This document shows positions 35,862 to 37,205 of a stretch of 37,205 nt of DNA, piece after piece (position 1 is the first letter of the stretch; every line of letters begins with the position of its first letter). A model generated the notes under the pieces. It saw only the letters and a program-made list of their open reading frames with translations, was not told the origin of the DNA and did not search any database. The DNA comes from a virus (taxonomy: Duplodnaviria > Heunggongvirae > Uroviricota > Caudoviricetes): IMG/VR virus record IMGVR_UViG_2687453522_000004. One strand, 5' to 3'. Position numbers and translations under genes: made by a program.

Positions 35862-36155
35862 ATGAAATTAAGCGAAAAGATTAAGGCCTTGCGTGAGGCT
35901 GAAGGGCTAAGCCAATCAAAATTCTGTGAAATCATAGAGTTACCGCTAAGCACACTTAAAAAATATGAAGGAGGAAACTTTGAACCCGGTGGCACAGCTT
36001 TGCTAAAAATCACTATGCATCCCACATTCCAAAAATATGCTCTATGGCTTATGACAGATAAAACCGCGCCGGACGCAGGACAAATCGCACCGGCTCTCGC
36101 GCACATTGGGCCAGAGTCAACAGAGTCCAACCACTCCGCGAAAAGGATTGGCTAA
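35862..36155 (+). CDS. C: Immunity repressor C-like (HTH)
   Basis: 97 aa; N-terminal HTH and C-terminal motif ...LWLMTDKTAPDAGQIAPALAHIG resemble the remembered P2 C; divergent from cox. Confidence 0.85.
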   Translation: MKLSEKIKALREAEGLSQSKFCEIIELPLSTLKKYEGGNFEPGGTALLKITMHPTFQKYALWLMTDKTAPDAGQIAPALAHIGPESTESNHSAKRIG

Positions 36156-36224
36156 CTCTATATAAAGATTACATTTTCACCATTTGCTACCAAGATGGTG
36201 AATACAGCGCCGGAGGGCTTTCTT

Positions 36225-37205
36225 ATGGCAATTAAGAAGCTCGATGATGGTCGCTATGAAGTGGACATTAGACCTCGCGGTCGCGACGGAAAACGCATCC
36301 GCAGGAAATTCGAAAGAAAAGCTGAAGCACTAGCATTTGAGCGATACACAATCGCCAATGCCAGTCAGAAAGAATGGGGAGGCCAGCGAGCAGACCGCCG
36401 GACTTTGAGTGAGTTGCTGGACATCTGGTGGAAATATCACGGGCAAAACCACGAGCATGGAACAAAAGAGTTTAATCATCTACTCAAAACCATCAGCGGC
36501 ATAGGTGATATACCAGTGAGCAGGATGAGCAAAAGGGCTTTGATGGATTATCGTTCCATGCGACTACGTGATGGTATCAGTGCCGCAACGATAAACCGTG
36601 ACATGTACCGATTATCCGGCATGTTCACAAAATTAATTCAATTGGATGAATTTTCCGGGCAACACCCAATTCACGGACTGCCGCCACTGGCGGAGGCCAA
36701 CCCTGAAATGACGTTCCTGGAAAAAGCAGAAATCGAAAAACTGTTAAATGTTTTGGCTGGTGATGACTTACTTGTCGCGCTTTTATGTCTGAGCACCGGA
36801 GGAAGATGGACGGAAGTTGCCACGCTAAAACCAGCACAGATTACAAATTGCAGGGTTACCTTCCTGAAAACCAAAAACGGTAAAAAGCGAACCGTGCCGA
36901 TTTCTGAGGAACTGGAGAAAAAAGTTAAAGAGGAGGCCAGCGCCAAATTATTCAAAGTTGATTATGAGAAATTTTGCGGGATTTTACGCAGAGTGAAACC
37001 TGATATACCACCCAATCAGGCAACCCACATCCTGCGGCATACATTCGCAAGCCATTTCATGATGAATGGGGGCAATATAATCGCACTGCAACAGATTCTG
37101 GGACATGCGAGCATTCAGCAGACGATGGCCTATGCGCACCTTGCGCCTGACTATCTGCAAAATGCCGTCGCTCTGAATCCACTAAAAGGCGGAGTGACGT
37201 TATAA
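36225..37205 (+). CDS. int: Tyrosine integrase Int-like (start MAIKKLDDGRYEVDIRP; the ORF track starts at 36195)
   Basis: C-terminal catalytic motifs (...ATHILRHTFASHFMMNGGNIIALQQILGHASIQQTMAYAHLAPDY) with the R..H-x-x-R..Y pattern; the stop is the last codon of the window. Confidence 0.9.
   Translation: MAIKKLDDGRYEVDIRPRGRDGKRIRRKFERKAEALAFERYTIANASQKEWGGQRADRRTLSELLDIWWKYHGQNHEHGTKEFNHLLKTISGIGDIPVSRMSKRALMDYRSMRLRDGISAATINRDMYRLSGMFTKLIQLDEFSGQHPIHGLPPLAEANPEMTFLEKAEIEKLLNVLAGDDLLVALLCLSTGGRWTEVATLKPAQITNCRVTFLKTKNGKKRTVPISEELEKKVKEEASAKLFKVDYEKFCGILRRVKPDIPPNQATHILRHTFASHFMMNGGNIIALQQILGHASIQQTMAYAHLAPDYLQNAVALNPLKGGVTL

Noticed and set aside
1-37205. CRISPR arrays, tRNA or rRNA genes
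   Set aside because: No regularly spaced direct repeats with unique spacers and no tRNA-like cloverleaf region were seen; the only repeats are IS termini, target duplications, the invertase sites and the short tandem repeats at 26031..26060. A tRNA search was not run, so a missed tRNA is possible.

Overview
The window is an almost complete P2-family (peduovirus-like) prophage of an enterobacterial host, recognised by reading the six-frame translations against remembered P2 proteins; no database search was run. Gene order left to right is: IS150 (cut by the window start) | ogr, D, U, T, E/E', FII, FI (tail, minus strand) | a Pin/Gin-like DNA invertase split by an IS66-family element | an invertible tail-fibre segment with two alternative fibre C-termini and two convergent assembly genes | H, I, J, W, V, S, R, lysC/lysB/lysA, K, Y, X, L, M, N, O (minus) | P, Q (plus) | cos | a low-GC single-gene cargo | replication gene A split by an IS21-family element | small early genes, B, cox | C repressor and int (plus). 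The best candidate for an undescribed system is the cargo gene at 26119..28602: an 827-aa fusion of an SF2 helicase and a C-terminal PD-(D/E)xK nuclease, sitting where P2 carries old/tin, a known anti-phage hotspot. The prophage is probably cryptic (replication gene and invertase both broken by IS insertions) yet the cargo gene, repressor and integrase are intact. Two programmed -1 frameshift sites, the cos site, inversion crossover sites and the C/cox switch palindromes are also readable.
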